From positions 1 through 52,977 of the forward strand of contig CAZGES010000003.1 in the NCBI GenBank assembly GCA_964524375.1: a stretch of 52,977 bases of DNA. The letters run 5' to 3'. The DNA comes from an uncultured archaeon. GTDB taxonomy: Archaea; Iainarchaeota; Iainarchaeia; Iainarchaeales; VGJJ01. The position numbers and the translations under genes are program-made. Below are positions 51,094 to 52,977 of this stretch, one piece after another. The first letter of the stretch is position 1, and every line of letters begins with the position of its first letter. The notes below the pieces were generated by a model. It was not told the DNA's origin and ran no database searches. It saw only the letters and a program-made list of their open reading frames with translations.

Positions 51094-51501
51094 TCAATCC
51101 GGTCGGTTGCGGAGCAACTCGGCTATGCCCTCTTTGGTGAGAATGGGCTTTTCGCCATGGGCGATGCGTTCTTTGTTGAGTTCGTTGAATGCGCGTATCA
51201 GGTCATTCTGTCGCTTGGGAATGAAGCTGCGCTCGTGTTCCAATTTATTTTGAAGGAGTTTGATGGCATCGATGATTCGTTTCTTTTCAGCAATGGAAGT
51301 CTTTTCGAACCGTGTATTTTCAAGCCGGACTCTTTCAATATCAATCTTTCTGAGAAGCAATTGCTCCACCTCACGGTGGCTCTTGAGAGCGTCCGAGATG
51401 ATAATCGCTTCGTGCCTCAATGCCTGGGCAGTAGGGCGCATTCCTTTACGATACGGGGATTCAGGTTCGGGGCGCGGTTTTGGTTTTTTTCGGTAAGGCA
51501 T
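51094..51501 (-). CDS. small basic protein, MPxPR family (distant paralog of 2017..2656)
   Basis: Begins MPYRKKPKPRPEPES. The C-terminal AFNELNKERIAHGEKPILTKEGIAELLRNR aligns with AAVNIERKKRGKKPLTFNELEELIRER. Confidence 0.55.
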   Translation of the reverse strand: MPYRKKPKPRPEPESPYRKGMRPTAQALRHEAIIISDALKSHREVEQLLLRKIDIERVRLENTRFEKTSIAEKKRIIDAIKLLQNKLEHERSFIPKRQNDLIRAFNELNKERIAHGEKPILTKEGIAELLRNRPD

Positions 51502-51504
51502 GCG

Positions 51505-52977
51505 TTAATCCGCCAAATCGTCAAATGTTTTTCTTCCGGTGGAGAATTTCCAGAATATCTCGTCTAATGCTTCCACGGGCACGCGTTTTTGCACCATGTC
51601 ATTCCGTTCACGCAGCGTCACGGTTTGGTCTTTGAGCGTGTCATAATCCACCGTAATCGCAAACGGTATTCCTATTTCATCCCCGCGCGCGTAGCGTTTT
51701 CCAATGCTCCCGCTTTCATCATACAGCGCGTTCACGCTCATCTTTTGAATTGCTTGAAAAATGCGGTACGCTTCCTCGCTCATTCCATCTTTTTTCATGA
51801 GCGGATACACTCCCACTTTGTACGGTGCAATGCGCGGGGGCAAGTTGAGCAAAATTCTCTCTTCGGTTCCGCGCGTCTCTTTCATGTATGCTGCGTTGAG
51901 TGTCGTGAGCAGCACGCGGTCCACTCCCATGGATATTTCGAAAATGTGCGGGTAAAACTTTTCCGCGTTTCCGTCTTCGCGAACCTGCAAATCATTCTTG
52001 GATAGTTGTGCGTGCGTTTTCAAATCGTGGTCCGTGCGATAGTTGCATGCCGCGAGTTCCACCCAATTTTCGTCTATTTTGCACTCAAAGTCCCACGTCT
52101 CCGCGGCGTAAAAGGCGCGCGCCTCGTGTTCGAGTTCGCGAAAACGCATCGTATTGAGCGCAATACCCAGCGCTTCGCCCAATTGCTGCGTGCGCGCCAA
52201 ATAGTATGCGATTAGTTTTCCCGAAACCACTTCTTGGTCCACGGCTTCCTGGCACGTTAACGCGTGAATTTCTTTGTCGGCGAGCAAATACAAATTAAGT
52301 TTGTAGTTTTTCACATCGTCCCAATTTTCCACGTCATTAATTTTTTCCGGATTGAAAAATACTTCCACATCCATTTGTTCGAATTCGCGTTTTCGTAAGA
52401 GCCCTTGCCGCGGGGCGATTTCATTCCGATACGTTCGCCCGACTTGCGCGAGTGCGAGTGGAAGTTTTACGCGTCCTTGCTTCCAAACGCGGTTGAAATC
52501 CAGGAAAATGTTTTGGCACGATTCTGGTTTCAAATACCCCGGGTTTCCTTTGCTCGCACCAATCTCCACGCGCATCATCATGTTGAATTTAGTTGTTTTT
52601 TCAAACGATTTTTTGTCTTTGGGGCAGACCAAATTCAATTCCACTACTTTCGCGTCAAAATACTCCAGCGACGCTCCTTCCGGGATTTCGTGTCCGACTT
52701 TCTCTTCGATGAGCTTGTCCACGCGGTAGGGGGTTTTGCATTCCGTGCAAACTACTAATGGGTCGTTGAAATTTTCCAAGTGTCCCGAGGCGCGGAACAC
52801 ACTCTCGGGAAGTATCGTGCTTCCATCAATTTCCAGCGCCCCTTCTTTCTCCACGAGCAAGCGTCTCCACAATTGCACGACGCGGTGTTTGATGCGCGTC
52901 CCTTCCGGGCCGTATTCGTAAAATCCCGCGAGCGCATCGTGGTATATTTCCGCGGACGGAAAAAATAATCCGCGTCG
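51505..52977 (-). CDS. glyS: glycyl-tRNA synthetase (archaeal/eukaryotic alpha2 type), 5' end beyond the window
   Basis: Motif 2 is YRNEIAPRQGLLRKREFEQMDVEVF. The frame stays open to position 52977 (RRGLFFPSAEIYHDALAGFYEYGPEG...), so the track start at 52878 (GTG) is internal. Confidence 0.93.
   Translation of the reverse strand, partial: RRGLFFPSAEIYHDALAGFYEYGPEGTRIKHRVVQLWRRLLVEKEGALEIDGSTILPESVFRASGHLENFNDPLVVCTECKTPYRVDKLIEEKVGHEIPEGASLEYFDAKVVELNLVCPKDKKSFEKTTKFNMMMRVEIGASKGNPGYLKPESCQNIFLDFNRVWKQGRVKLPLALAQVGRTYRNEIAPRQGLLRKREFEQMDVEVFFNPEKINDVENWDDVKNYKLNLYLLADKEIHALTCQEAVDQEVVSGKLIAYYLARTQQLGEALGIALNTMRFRELEHEARAFYAAETWDFECKIDENWVELAACNYRTDHDLKTHAQLSKNDLQVREDGNAEKFYPHIFEISMGVDRVLLTTLNAAYMKETRGTEERILLNLPPRIAPYKVGVYPLMKKDGMSEEAYRIFQAIQKMSVNALYDESGSIGKRYARGDEIGIPFAITVDYDTLKDQTVTLRERNDMVQKRVPVEALDEIFWKFSTGRKTFDDLAD

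Noticed and set aside
1-52977. CRISPR arrays, IS elements, integrases, prophage genes and rRNA.
   Set aside because: Reading both strands, I found no regularly spaced direct repeats, no transposase or integrase-like ORFs near the four tRNAs, and no rRNA-like sequence.

Overview
This is an archaeal chromosomal segment with about 60 protein genes and 4 tRNAs (Gly-UCC, Ala-GGC, Val-GAC, Thr-CGU, none with an encoded CCA). I saw no rRNA, CRISPR array, transposase or integrase. The core content is information processing: MCM, MetRS, aIF5A, an Sm protein, AsnRS, GlyRS (its 5' end runs off the window), an NMD3-like protein and an aCPSF2-like beta-CASP RNase. The window also holds the classic archaeal exosome/RNase P/proteasome superoperon: L15e, a 325-aa insert, Rpp30, Pop5, PsmA, SBDS, Rrp4, Rrp41, Rrp42, L37Ae, RpoP (45 codons, missing from the ORF track), a Pcc1-like protein and prefoldin beta. 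Many genes have a TTTAAA/TTTATA-like box ending about 21-26 nt upstream of the ATG, which suggests leaderless mRNAs. Operon-internal genes instead use GGAG/GGTGA Shine-Dalgarno motifs. The ORF track uses alternative start codons, so I re-set several starts to the first plausible ATG. The most interesting observations are these. (1) Two unannotated tandem Cys-rich micro-ORFs share an MNVxxKYE leader and are translationally coupled to a His-motif (GRDP-like) protein just upstream of asnS. (2) An AT-rich block at about 34.5-40.4 kb carries a tight FIST / tandem-GNAT-like / FAD-oxidoreductase operon, two secreted Cys/Trp-rich proteins and a decaying wHTH paralog with an in-frame TAA plus a homopolymer frameshift. 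(3) Rrp4 has a C-terminal tail of about 200 aa containing an RGG/FG low-complexity region, and Rrp41 and L37Ae also carry tails. (4) Two tandem CARDB-like surface proteins share a PEF/PGF-CTERM-like PDFPAW sorting signal. (5) There is a KaiC-like / Asp-motif membrane protein / Roadblock operon. (6) There is a family of small basic MPxPR proteins. All family assignments come from motif recognition by eye, because no database search was possible.
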